Origin: Mobula hypostoma
Lineage: Eukaryota
Length of the DNA stretch: 64,000 nt
Direction of reading: 5' to 3'
Assembly (NCBI RefSeq): GCF_963921235.1
Contig: NC_086118.1
Span: 14,076,001-14,140,000, forward strand
A program made the translations under genes and the position numbers. The notes beneath the pieces are model-generated. The model made no database searches, was not told the origin of the DNA, and saw only the letters and a program-made list of their open reading frames with translations. Positions within the stretch are counted from its first letter, which is position 1. Each line of letters opens with the position of its first letter. Below are positions 38,123-51,060 of this stretch, one piece after another.

Positions 38123-38770
38123 GTACCTCTTCCTATAGATGCTGCCTGGTCTGCTGCATTCACCGGCATTTTTTGTGTGTGTTCCTTAAGTTAATTTGAG
38201 GGCAGGGTGGAAATTGGAAGCAAAATTGATGAAATTGATGAGCTCAGCATGGGTGCAGGAAGCAGCACCAATGCAGTGGTCAATATAGCGTAGGAAGAGT
38301 TGGGGATCAATGCTGTTGTAGGCTTGAAACATGGACTGTCCCATGTTGCCGACAAAAACGCAGTGATAGCAGAGACACATACAAGTGCCCATGGTCCACC
38401 TCGAGTTTGAAGGAAGTGGGAGGAACCAAAGGAGAAATTGTTGAGGGTGACGACCAGTTCCACCAGATGGAGGAGAGTGGTGGTGAAAGATAACAGATCT
38501 CCTCCCCACATCTTTTTATTCCACCCTCTTCCAGCTTCCTTTCCCAGTCCTGAAGAAGGGTTTTGGCCGGAAATATCAACTGTTTATTCATTTTGATAGA
38601 TGTTGCTTGATGTTGCTGTGTTCCTCCAGCATTTTGTGTGTGTTACTGAGTTGTTAGGTAACTTGTATTTTTAAAATGCAGATTACAATTTTCAGTTCTG
38701 CAGATTTCTGTGTACAATAGCCAATTTATATAGTGTAAATACATTTTCATGTCAATTTGTATTTTATATA

Positions 38771-38905
38771 CATCTCCTTCTTCATGTCCCTTGCGCGTTG
38801 CACGCTTGGGTGATCATGGCTCTCCAGATTGAACGATCCCATGCAGAATCAATGGTATCTTGCATACTTGGATCTGTTAGTTCTTTCACAGTGTCCATAT
38901 ATTTT
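38771..38905 (-). mobile_element. RTE-type LINE extreme 3' fragment
   Basis: Minus translation AWDRSIWRAMITQACNAQGT* followed by a GAAGAAGGAG tail. Confidence 0.55.
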
Positions 38906-39404
38906 TATATACATATTGCAGGAAAATAAAGTATTCCAAACATCCAATTATTGAATGAAGTATTCTTGAATCATGGAATAGATTGCTATTTGGCTAAGTT
39001 AAGCTGCCAAAATAATTGCACAGTTAACAACTTCTCAATTGTGTTTGTATAAATAATAAGACAACTTCAGACAGGAGGCAGGCCTGCAGTTATGTGTAAA
39101 CACAGCTTCACAAAACCTTCAGAAAAAATATCACTTTGCTATTTGCCTTGTAAGTACAGATGCATGCACTGGAGGCCATGAGCCTCCGGAATTTAAGTAA
39201 CAGACTACATTTGCTGTGGTGCTTGCGATTATGTACCACAAAAGTAATACTCTTTTATTGATGTGTTAATATCTGCCAAGTACTCATTCTCAGCACAAAA
39301 GCCATCTTTTCTTGATATAGGGTCTCAGACTGTGAACTGGTTCAATAGATAACAAATATTTATCATTTGCATTTTGGTACTAAATCCTCCTTTATCAGAC
39401 ATTC

Positions 39405-41790
39405 AGGAAAAGGAAGGGAAATGCACAGCCAGTGCAGAGTACACCTGTGGCCGTTCCCTTCAGTAATAAGTATATCACTTTAGATAGTGTTGAGGGGGAA
39501 GCCGCAGTGACAGGGCCTCTGGCTCTGAGTTTGGTGCAGTGGTTCAGAAGAGCAGAGGATTGCAATGTTGATAGGAGATTCCATAGCCAGAGAAACAGAA
39601 ACGAGATTCTGTGGGCAAGATGGAGACACCCAGGTGGTATGTTGCATCCCAGCTGCTAGGATAAGGGATATCTTGGATCAGATCAATGGCATTCACAAAG
39701 GGGAGGATGAGCAGCCAGAAGTCCTGGTACATATTGGCACCGATGACATAAGTAGTCAAGGTGAGGAGGTACTGAAGAAAGATCGTAGGGAGCTGGGTAG
39801 AAAGCTGAAAAACAGGACTCCCAGGTGGTAATTTCTGGATTGCTGCCTGTGCCACATACCGATAAGGGTAAGAATAAGATGATTTAGAAGGTGAATGTGT
39901 AGCTAAGGAACGGGTGCAGGGGACAGGGGCTGAGACTTATGGATCATTGGGATTTCTTCTGGGGAAGATACAACCTGCACAATAGGGTTACACCTGAATC
40001 CAAAGGGGGACCAATATCCTTGCGGGCAAGTTTGCTGGAGCTGTTCAGGAGACTTTAAACTAATTCGGCAGGGATTGGAAACTGGAGTCATAGTGCTGAA
40101 GATGAGGCAGCTGGTTTACAAATAAAGGCAGTACGTAGTGAGACTCCTAGCAATGAGAGGCTGGTGAAAGGGCAAAATTACAGTCAACATGATGAGTTGC
40201 AATGTACAAAGTAAAAGGTGAACAAAATCAAAAAGAATACAGGACTGAAGGTGTTATATTTGAATGCGCACAGTATATAGGATAAGATAGATGAATTTGT
40301 AGCACAGTTACAGATAGGCATGTATGATGTTGTAGGCATCACTGAATCATGGCTGAAAGAAGATTATAGCTGGGACCTTAACGTCCAAGGATACAAAGGT
40401 GTTGAATCATTGTGGGTAGGGCTAAGGAACTGCAAAGGTAAAAAGAACCTGATGGGAGATATATACAGACCCCCAAACAGTAATAAGAATATGGTCAACA
40501 AGTTAAAAAGGGAGATAAAAAATGCATGCCAGGAGAGCAATGTTACCATAGTCATGCGGGATTTCAAACTGCAGGTAGATTGGGAAAATCAGGCTGGGGC
40601 TGGATCCCGAAACGGTGAATTTCTAGAGTGCCAATGAGATGACTTCTTAGAGCAGCTCATTGTTAAGTACACTAGGGAATCAGTTATCCTGGATTGGGTG
40701 TTGTGCAATGAACTGGAATTGATTGGAGAGCTTAAGGTAAAAGAACCCTTAGGGGAAAGTGATCATAACATATTATTACGATCTAATTCACCCTGAAATT
40801 TGAGAAGGAGAAGCTGAAGACAGATGTGTTAGTATTACAGTTGAGTAAAGAGAATTACAGAGGCATGAGAGAGGAGTTGGCCAGAATTGAATGGAAAAGA
40901 CCACTCGCAAACATGATAACAAAGCAACGATGGTTGGGATTTCGGAAGGCACAGGTTATATACTTCCCAAAGAGGAAGAAGTACTTATTCTAAAGCCAAG
41001 ATGACACAACTGTGGCTAACAAGAGAAGTAAAAGCCAACAGAAAAACCAAAGGGAGAGCATATAGTAGAGCAAAATTTAGTGGGAAGTTTAGAGGATTGG
41101 TCAGCTTTTAAAACCAAACAAGGCAACTGAAAAACTCATTAAGAAGTATTCCCTACAGGCTACTTTGTAAGTTGATTCAGTGGTGAGGAAGGCTAATGCA
41201 ATGTTTGTATGGATGTATGTTGAGGTTTTATAAAACACTGGTGAGGCCTCATATGGTGTACTGTGAGTATTTTTGGGCCTCTTATCTTAGAAGGGATGTG
41301 CTGAAACTAGAGGGGGTTCAAAGGAGGTTCACGAAAATTATTCCAGGATCGAACAGCTTATCATATGCAGAGCGTTTAATAGCTCTGGGCCTGTATTCAC
41401 TGCAATTCAGAAGAATAAGGATGACCTAATTGAAACCTATCAAATGTTGAAAGACCTTGATAGGAAATATCATTTCCATATCCATCCTATGGTGGGAGAG
41501 TTTTGGACCAGAGGACACAGCATCTGAATGTAGTGGTGTCCTTTTAGCATGGAGATGAGGAGGAATTTCTTTAGCCAGAGAATGGTGAATCTGTGGGATT
41601 TGTTGCCACAGGTAGCTGTGGAGGCCAAGTCTTTACAAATATTTAAGGCAGAGGTTGATAGATTCTTGATTGGTCAGGGCATGGAGGGATATGGGGAGAA
41701 GGCAGGAGATTGGGGTTGAGAGGGAAAATAGATCAGCCAGGATGGAATGGTGGAGTAGTCTTGATGGGTCAAATGGCCTAATTCTACTCC
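39405..41790 (+). mobile_element. CR1 LINE with SGNH-esterase ORF1 and endonuclease; RT core deleted
   Basis: LIGDSI...VHIGTDD ORF1; YDVVGITESWL, IYRPPNS; jumps near 41146 to post-RT LVRPHMVYC; CR1 tail. Confidence 0.88.
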
Positions 41791-42149
41791 TACATCTTAT
41801 GATCTTATCTTATTATTGTTTACCCTGTCCATTCCAATTCAATATGCTCTGTTTCCTGCACTGCACTGTCACTAGATTAGACTTTAAGCTTCCTGGTCAG
41901 CAAGGTGTTTCTTGGATGTGGACCATAGGAGTTATTGTAGTCAGTGCCAATTGCTGTTCATAGTACAACTGTAATTAAGTTTGACCTAATGATCACTGAT
42001 GTAGGGAGAGAGTGGGAGTACTTTGAAACCAGCCACTATGTTAATGTATAGCTGATCCAATCATTTAATGTGTGCTTCTTCTGTTCTGTCATAGTACATT
42101 TCAATGTAACAATGATTTTAAATATGACGCCAGCTCTGATTGTATATGA

Positions 42150-43390
42150 TGTCATAGGGGGTGGAGCATTGATAACAGACCCAAAGGCAAGACACAGACA
42201 CTGATGTACTAGGAACAGGGCTAGTTTTATTGAGATGGCAAGGTGAGTAAGGAAGGAACAAAGCTGTACATTGACACAGGCCCTGGACGAGACTAGGATT
42301 CAGGGCCTGGGCTAGGACTTGGACTGGAAACATGGGACCCGGAACCAGAGCCTGGACAAGGACCTGGAACCTGGGTCTTGGTTGCGACTCAGAACCTGGG
42401 TCTTGACTTGGAACCGGAACCTGGGTCCTGACTTGGAACCGGAACCTGGGTCCAGGCTAGGACTCAGGACTAGGATCTTGGCAAGGACAGGATGAGGTAC
42501 CCCAGCACAGGATGAAGAATCTCCAGCACCAGGCTGGGCAAGGAACTCCAGGGCTGGGTGAGGCACCGGAACTAGATGAGGACACGAATCTCAGATTTGG
42601 ACAGGGCTGGAACATGGCGCCTGGACTTGGTCTTGGAACACAGGAACACAGAGCCTTGGACTTGAACTGGACGCTCAGAGACTTGGACTTGAACTGGACG
42701 CTCAGAGACTTGGACGTGGACTGGACGCTCAGAGCCAGGCAGGACAAGGAACTCCAGGGCAGGACGTGGCTCTTGGACTAGGTTTGGCTCGGCTCTTGGA
42801 TTCGGATTGCTTAGGCTCTAGGGTACAGGGCTGGGACCCTTCCTTGGATTGTAGGGCCAGGATGACTGCCGAGGACACTTGCTGAGGACTCCTGGACTGG
42901 ACGAGAACACAAAGCCTTGACTTGGACAGGACTGGAACACGGCACCTGGAATTTGGAACACAGGAACACAGAACACAAAACCAGGACCCCTCCTTGGGAA
43001 CAGGACTTAGGACTGGGGCTTTACACAGAGTCAGGACTCCTCCTTGGGAACAGGACCTAAGGCCAAGACTCCTCTTTGACACGGACACTAAACACAGGGA
43101 CACAAGGAGATAGTTCCAAACTCAATGATAGATAATTCCTTATCTTGGCGTGGCAAGGCTCCAGTCTCACTCCAGCGGTTGAACTTGAAGGGAATGTAGG
43201 CGAGGCTTCAGAAGGAAGGGGAAGGGAACAGTCCAGCAGAAAATCCTTGGTTTGAGAGGTATTTATGTGCCAGCCCAAAACGAGAATCAGGTGCCTCAAT
43301 TAAGTCACCCAATGGAACAAGGGAAAACAGGAAAACCCAGAATAAGGAATCGCCGGACCGGACCGTTTACTGGAATGCAGGACCATGACA
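42150..43390 (-). mobile_element. Solo LTR or LTR-like element (1241 bp) with internal tandem repeats
   Basis: TGTCAT...ATGACA termini; 5-bp TSD TATGA (42145-42149, 43391-43395); minus-strand AATAAA at 42226-42231. Confidence 0.85.
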
Positions 43391-44699
43391 TATGAAGGAA
43401 CTTCTGGAAGGGATGTACATCCTGAAATGGCTGCAGCAAAATGATGTGCCCTTTATGGCACGTTTCAGGACACTGAGGATGTTACTCTCTCCCCCAAACG
43501 TGGCTACACTCGCGCCTGATGGCTCTCTTTGTGTGTATCAGCACTAACTTTGTTGATGCTTGCACACCAGTCAGGGGGGTGTCAGCTGAAACCAAATGCC
43601 AGTGGCCATTTGGAGCAGACTGGAGATTGTGTTGGAGGCATTAATCCTGTCATGAAAAATAAGGAAAATTAGTGAGCAAACATATCCTGTTGGCTATAAT
43701 GGACGAAGTAAACTATACCTTCAAATCATTTACCCCGTATGTAAAGGTCAGAGAAGTAGACAATATTGTCAAGGAGCCTTGACAGGACACAGAATAGAGC
43801 CATGCTGGGCAACATTACAATCTGATGTTGTGCTTGTAATAAGCCCAGGGACATATCTGAATTTGGTGATTCTCTTAGCCCAATATACTACAGACCAGGT
43901 GTCTTGTGAGGTATTGCAAACAACTTGAAGGGATAGTTTAATTCAACCACTTCAGTAAGTGTTAGGAGCTACAAGTTTAGTTCTTGCACCCATGAAGTAG
44001 ATGAAATGGTTGTCACATGTATAGTCAGCAAAGTGTAACTGTCAAGTTCTTCAAATCCAACAGTGACATCATTTTGTGTGTGAACTTGTCAAATGCTGGA
44101 CCTCGCATGTGAGAGTGTGCAAATTGCCACCACGGTGGAGGTGCTGTATAACATTGTTAAGCAATTTTGTCAATGTCAAGGTATAAACAAGGAGCAAGCC
44201 TACAAAAATATGCTGTTATAATCATCTTCTTTGAAAATGGGTCATGAGGATGCTACAAGTGGATTTGTAAGGACAAAAGTAAATAGGAAGAAGAGAAGGC
44301 AGTGGTTTAGGAGGACTTGCCATGAGAGCCACCATGACCTAATGGCCTAGAGCTCAGAATAGCCTAAACTTATAAGTGGTATCAGTGTCATGAGGTAAGG
44401 GAAGATCCACAGAGGTGTAGGTCTCTGAATAAAGTAAAGTCAAAGTTCCTGTGTAGGCCTGTACACAAAATCAGAGAAAGGACACACACTCTGGCCAGTC
44501 AAGTCCACATCAGCTTTATCTAGATAAAATCCAGCTATTCCCTCTATCCTGGCCTCATCCCATTGCCCAACAATTGTTTTCCTTTCGTAGGATGTAGGAG
44601 TACAAGTGCATTGTTCTTTGAAAGTGGTGTCACAGGTACTTAGGGTGATGAAGAAGGCATGTTGGCATATTGGCCTTCTTCACTTGGGGCATTGAATAT

Positions 44700-46600
44700 A
44701 ACCTGCCCATTCACTTGTTCTCTCACCACCACTCAGGGCCCCAAACAGTTCTTCCAGGTGAGACAGCACTACACCTGCAAGTCTACTGTCATCTACTGCA
44801 TCTGGTGTTCCCTGTGCAGACTTCTCTACATCAGTGAGACTTGACAGAGATTGGCGGACCGCTTTGTTGAGCACCTTCGCTCCATCTGCAACAGGAAGGG
44901 TTTCCTGATGCCAACCATTTTAATTCCATTCCCCATTCCAACATGTCGGTCCGTGGCCTTCTCTACTGCCATGATGAGGCTACACTCAGGCTGAAGGAAC
45001 AACACCTCATATTCCGTTTGGGTAGCCTCCAACCTGACTGCATGATCATCAATTTCTTCATCTTTCAGTAATATATCCCCCACCTCCTTCTGTCCTTTTC
45101 CATTCCCCATTCTGGCTCCCCTCTTACCCATGCTCTTCTCCTTACCTACCTATCACCTCTCTCCAGTATCCCTCCTCCTTCCCTTTCTCCCATGGTGCAC
45201 TCCTCACTCCTATCAGATTCCCCTAGTGACAGGGGACTTGATAGTGAGGGGAACAGACAGGAGATTCTGTGGACATGAACGGGACACCCAGATGGTAGGT
45301 TGCCTCCCAGGTGCTAGGATCAGGGATGTCTCAGATCATATCCGCAACATTTTGGAGTGGAAGGGGGGAACAGCCAGATGTCTTGGTACATATTGGTACC
45401 AATGACATAGGAAGGAAAAGAAATGATGTCCTGAAAAGAGAATTTAGAGAGCTACGTAGAAAGTTGAAAAGCAGGACCTCCAGGGTAGTAATTTTTAAGT
45501 CCCGATAGCCCCAACATCTCACGCAGACAGTAGAAGGGAAAAACTCTCCCTGCCATGAGCCTCCAGTACCGCAAATTTGCCGATGCAGCATCCTGGAAGC
45601 ACCCGACCACAGTCCGACTCTGAGTCCATCCAAAAACTTCGAGCCTCCGACCAGCCCTCCGACACCGAGCACGGAGCACCATCTCTGCCAAGCTCTTCAA
45701 CCCCGCCCCGGCCATCGAGCAACAAGCAAAGCCAAGGATTTGGGGCCTTCCCCTCCGGAGATTTCGGATCACACAGTAGCGGCGGAGTCGAAACAGGCAT
45801 TTCAGAAGTTTCACCAGATATTCCTCCGTGCTCTCACGTCTGCCTCCATCAAATCAGAATTGTGCACGGCACCCTACTTGACACATAACAGATATTCATC
45901 ACCGGAGTGGCCATGCGCGCTGCGTCGTGCCGCCATCTTCTCCTCCTCCCTTTAGAGGGAGGAGGGATCTCATTGAAACCTTTCGAATGTTGAAAGGCCT
46001 AGACAGAGTAGATATGGAAAGGATGTTTCCCCTGGTGGGAGAGCCCAGGACAAAAGGGCATGGCCTCAGGATAGAGGGCACCCTTTCAAAACAGAGATCT
46101 GGAGAAATTTCTTTCGCCAAAGGGTGGTGAATTTGTGGAATTTGTTGCCATATGCAGCTGAGGAGACCAGGTCATTGGGTGTATTTAAGGCAGAGTTTGA
46201 TAGGTTACGGGAGAGGTCTGGGAAATGGGGTTGAGGAGGAGAGAAAAAAAAGGATCAGCAATGATTGAATGTCGGAGCAGACACGATAGACCAGATGGTC
46301 TAATTCTGCTCCTATGTCTTATGGTCTTATGGTCTTATTTCTTCAGCTCTTTACCTCTTCCACCAATCACATCCTACCTTCTCATTTCATCCTCCCTCCC
46401 CCACTGACACCTTCCAGTCTCCTCATTTCACCTATCACTTGTCAGCTTGTATTCCTACCCTTCCCCCACCTTCTTATTCTGCCTTCTTCCCTTTTCCTTC
46501 CCAGTCCTGATGAAAGGTCACAGCTGGAAACGTTAACAGTTTATTCCTCTCTATATTTGCAGCCTGGCCTCTGAGTTCCTCCAGTATTTTATGTGTGCTA
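44700..46600 (+). mobile_element. Penelope-like fragment with nested composite insert (45223-46335)
   Basis: 10-bp TSD CATTGAATAT (44690-44699, 46601-46610); VIYCIWCSLCRLLYISET; degenerate hammerhead near 46503-46540. Confidence 0.82.
45223..46335 (+). mobile_element. Composite insert: CR1 ORF1 piece, GC-rich unclassified segment, CR1 3' end
   Basis: VTGDLIVRGTDRRFCG...VHIGTND (45223-45495); CpG-rich 45497-45950; RDLIETFRML and CR1 tail (45951-46335). Confidence 0.75.
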
Positions 46601-47914
46601 CATTGAATATTGGAGCTGGGAAATTATGTCATAGTCACGTAGAGGTTGACAAGGCCACACTTGGAGTATTGTGTGCAGGTTTGATCACCCTATTATAGGA
46701 ATATGTTATTAAACTAGAAAGAGCGTAGAACAGATTTCAGGATGTTTCCTGGACTTGGAGACCTGACTTACAAGGAGAGGTTGTGCAGATTTAGAAATAG
46801 GAAATTGAAGGTGACCTGACAGCAGTTTATAGATCATGAAGCAGCATTGGCAGAATAGAAGCACGTAGTCTTTTCTACATAGAGGGAGTGCTAAAAACAA
46901 GAGTCTATAGGGTTTAAGATCAGAGTGAGAGATTTAAAAGGGACATCAGGAATGGTTTCTTCACACAAGGGTGGTGAAATGAGCTGCCAGAGATAGTGGT
47001 TGACGTGAGCACATTAATAACATCTAAAAGCCATCTAGATAAGTACATAGATAGGACAGATTTGGATGGCTATATGCCAAATACAGGCAGATGGGACTTG
47101 ATTGCTAGGCAACACAACTGGCATGAATGAATTGAACCAAGGATCCTTTTTCTATGCTGTATGGATCTATGATTAATGTCCCCCAAAGGGATGGCTGATC
47201 AAAAAGTAATACACATTCCATGCATATTCATCAATGATTTCTGCAAGAAATTATCATGAAGGACAAAAAATTAAAGTGGAACATGGAATGTAAGCTCGCA
47301 TGGGCATGTGTGGTGATCAAAGTGTAGAGAGCAAGGCACTGTAAGTATTACAGAAAGAACCCGCTGATCATCTATCTGAAAACGAATGTGAAGTTTGGGT
47401 TGAAAGTTAAGATAAGAAGCTAAATGTGAGACTTTCCTGGAAAATGTAACATCAGAAGCCGGTAAATGCAAGGAATATGTGCTGAGGAGATGAAGGAGTG
47501 AGAGTCCTAAGGCCAAAGGCTGTGGTGAAACAGTAAGCCAGAAATTGGGAATATGATGCCTCTGGAAATGAGTTGGTAATGTAAGTTGTAAACATCAACA
47601 GAAAAGCTGCACCTTCAATAACATGAAAGGAAGTTTAAGAACATTCTTTGAAAGTCAGAGATTTGTAATAATGGGCATTCGGGTATCTATCAGTAAGGGG
47701 GTAGACACATCAGCCTTGTTGTGATTCACCAAGTATCTAAAATACCTGTTTTTCATAGCAGTAAGTTGTTGAGTCCAATACAAAGTTAATTAAGTTTGCA
47801 ATGACAAGTAAGAGGTAAGGCAGTGAATGAGACGAGGGTGGGATAATCAGAGTGAAGGACAGTGCATTATGAAACATCTGAATCTAGCACACCATTTAGA
47901 TACTTGTTACTTGT

Positions 47915-48392
47915 TACATACACCTGTTAGGGTGCATTCTCCGGTTACCTTATAAGGTAACCGTAGCCTTCAACCAGGAGCAGATGTCATCAGGTGGTTC
48001 GCAACCTTCACCGAGTGTTTCGACCCTTAACCACAACACTCTCCAGTTGGTGGGCCGGCAGTGGTGGCCAAATCACTGCCCATCTGCTCCTGGCTTCCAG
48101 CTTCCCTCCTCTCACCTACTCCAAATCCAACAAGAGGCTCATTCTGCCTCCTCTCCCATCCTACGAGCTGCTTGTTTTTTGCTCCTTTCGTCCAGGCCCA
48201 GATCTGACAACAACCGCCATGCTGATTTGGCTGGGAAACCTCTGCAGCCGATCTCCACAGGGAACAGCCATGCCTGCCATCCCTTGTCTTTATACTCCTG
48301 CACTAAGGGCTGGTACTTCAAGGCCTTTCTCTCGTGGGCCTCTTCCCATCCCTCCCCCCACGGCACAGTCAGCTCAGCCAGAATTATTTTCA
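47915..48392 (-). mobile_element. RLE-type non-LTR retrotransposon 3' end (HERO-like)
   Basis: IILAELTVPW...EEAHERKALKY...GWQAWLFPVEIGCRGF...ASCWIW, the restriction-like endonuclease C-terminus. Confidence 0.8.
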
Positions 48393-50779
48393 GATTTAGC
48401 ACTGTTACAGCAAAAGGCATACTCATAATCCTCAACAGTTATTAAGAGGAAATATTGGTGATGTGTTCGGATGGTACAAGAGTCTGTTCACTTGAGATGT
48501 GAAATAATGGCTGTGTCATTAAAAGGATCCACAGAGAGGGTGAAAGATAAAGGACAAGGTGACTTCAATAATGTTTGGCACAGATGGTACTGTACAGAAG
48601 ACGAGAACGTGTGAGTGTTAGCAAACAGGCTTCTGTTTTTACAGAAATACTGAATTAACTGAATCAAGTGCAGACTGAGTTGGATGCTTAAGGGGCGTTT
48701 GCATTGTCACATGGATGCATTTCTAAAGTTCCAAAAAAAATCCTACAAAAAATGCAAAAATAGGCATGGACTTCCTGATGTCAACTTGACACAGCAAAGC
48801 CAAAGTGTAACAAGACAAGTGGAAACCATGACCGCACAGAAAGTCTTGGTGACATCCCAGAAAGCAAAAGTGTTATGGAGAAAAGTGAATGACTTCCAAA
48901 GGGACAGCAGTAAAGAGGAAAAGTCGGAGCCTAGTGGAGGTCAAGATGGAGTGAAAACAGAAGCCCAAAGATCGAGAGCCTTGAGAACAACCAAAGCAAA
49001 AATGATAGTAATTGAGCATATGGTATCAGACAATATACCAAGAAAACACATATAATGCAGTAACAGCCAATATCAACTGTTATGTTATTGAGTTTATCAT
49101 TATCTATAGTTATGGAGAAAACTGTTAATACAGTTGAAACATGGAATGTGAGATCAGATATATCTGAAATATCAGAGAAGTTATTCACTGGCAATGCCAG
49201 TGCTCAGAATGGATAATTCCAAGTAGTTAAATAAAGCTGATGAGGTAAATATTTGTAATTGAGAAGTCTAAAAGACTGATCTAACCAAACTTTATATATT
49301 TATTCAGTTGCTTAGTCCTTTCTGCGTGAATCACTCTGTCAATAATAATTTAGTTGTATAATTTCATTTCTGCAGGCAGTGACCTTATGGTATAATTTAA
49401 AGTAAATAAATTATTCATTGATTGCTGTCAGGGTTTATTACATTTTAAGGAGATCCATTGTATTAAAGAGGCTTAATTGTCTTTAAAACTGAGTAAACTG
49501 TTCCTAATGATATTTGATGCTTTGTTGAAACAGTAGCTGACATTAATTGGACATTATCTACCTCTAATATCTTACGTTTTGTTGGTAGTTTCAGCTTTGT
49601 GGTTTCCCTTTGTAGCACTAAAGGGCCCATAGACAGTACAGACTACCAAATCTTTTGTCAACAAAAATCCACTGCAACCCAAGGAACCCTGCAACCCTGC
49701 ACTAAGAAAAGGCTAAAGCCCACCTGACAAATTTCAATGGTCAACAATATTTGTTCTGGAAAGGGGTCATAATTTTAAAAACATATTCCAAGCGCAATGT
49801 TTGAACTTGTGCTTTGTCATCTCTTCATTTCTTTTCTCTGTGGATTCAGTTCAATGAATAGTGCAGCAAACCAACAGGACCTCTGGGTTTTATCAGCGAT
49901 CGCCACATGGCCTGTGCATAGTTCTTTGAGAGGCGCTGAATCTGTGGAGTCTCAGTTTGAGCACTGAACTCTGGATATTACACAACATCTGATATATCAG
50001 AATGTAATGATCTTGATCAGCTAAGTAATTAATGTACGTAATTAAGAGACACGACTGTGTTTGATCATCCCCATGTCAGCAGACAGAACTACCAGACCAG
50101 ACTAAAAGTGTAATTAAAGCAGCATAACGAGTTATTAATGAACATAATTTACAATACATCTGTTGCAGTTGGATGTTGCACTGAGTGACCACTGTGGTAA
50201 TTTGGAAGCAGAGAGATCAGAACTATTTCAGAGTAAGCTTGATGTGTGCACAGTATATCTCCCTGCTTTCTCCCTCATGGGGTCTCTGTTGGACATCTTT
50301 ACCAAGAAAAGAGTGGGCAGAATATCCACGTAACATTTTATCATCATCACTCTTTGTGGAAGAGCTAAAGGCAATGACTCTTACAGAAGTAACATGAGCA
50401 AACTGTGCTCAGTACAAACAGTACTATGATCCTTCATATTATTATGGAGGTAAAAGATCATTGATTTTTCTCAATGACTTAGATTTTTTTAAATAATTAT
50501 TCATTGTCTGCTTTGACATACTCTTGTCCTTCCACTTATCTTATTTTATCTTTGACAAGATATGTGCTGGTATTAACTAAAATAGAACATAAATTTCAAC
50601 ATTCACGGTTAACACCAGTGCACATGGTACTATCAAAGATAAATGCTGAACCACAAGCAAAAGGTGAAGGGTCTCGGTCTAAAACATCAACTGTTTACTC
50701 TTTTCCGTAGATGCTGCCTAGTCAGCTGAGTTCCTCCAGCATGTTGTGTGTGGTGCAGAAGATTAATGCCTTTTTTAAT

Positions 50780-51060
50780 TTATTGAGATACAGCATGGAA
50801 TAGGCCCTACCAATCTTTTGAGCGATGCTGTCCGGCATTCCCCTGATTTAATCTTAGCCTAATCACAGGACAATTAACAATGGCCAATTAACCTACCAAC
50901 TGGTGTGTCTTTGGACTGTGGGAGGAAACCAGAGCACTGGAGGAAACCCACACAGTCGTGAGGAGAATGTACAAATTCCTCACGTGCAGCAGTGGGAATT
51001 AAACCCGGGTCATCTTGACGGTAAAGAGTTGTGCTAAGCACTACACCACCATGCTGCCCA
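50780..51060 (-). mobile_element. tRNA-derived SINE (HE1/V-SINE-like)
   Basis: Minus strand A box TGGTGTAGTG, B box GGTTTAATTCC, core GTGCTCTGGTTTCCTCCCACAGTCCAAAGAC. Confidence 0.75.

Larger units (their letters stand above)
37187..38186 (+). mobile_element. Younger Penelope-like element with inverted arm
   Basis: 14-bp TSD TAAGTTAATTTGAG (37173-37186, 38187-38200); inverted arm ~37187-37437; GIY-YIG frame ending 37775. Confidence 0.92.
35820..38645 (-). mobile_element. Older Penelope-like element (partial RT and GIY-YIG), host of a nested younger copy
   Basis: RT LFLRYIDHC...NFHPALKLT continues as YSISDTSLPFL across the insert; GIY-YIG remnant at 36234-36464; short inverted tail near 38500-38645. 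Confidence 0.85.
44590..47175 (+). mobile_element. Old CR1-like 3' fragment, split by a Penelope insertion
   Basis: ...GGCATTGAATAT resumes at 46601 and continues into CACTTGGAGTATTGTGTGCAG and a CR1-like tail. Confidence 0.65.

Noticed and set aside
42340..43080. CRISPR array or repetitive protein gene
   Set aside because: Degenerate tandem modules inside a TSD-flanked LTR-like element; the ORFs are by-products.
48684..49055. 123-aa ORF
   Set aside because: No recognisable domain or splice structure; consistent with a chance or decayed-repeat ORF.
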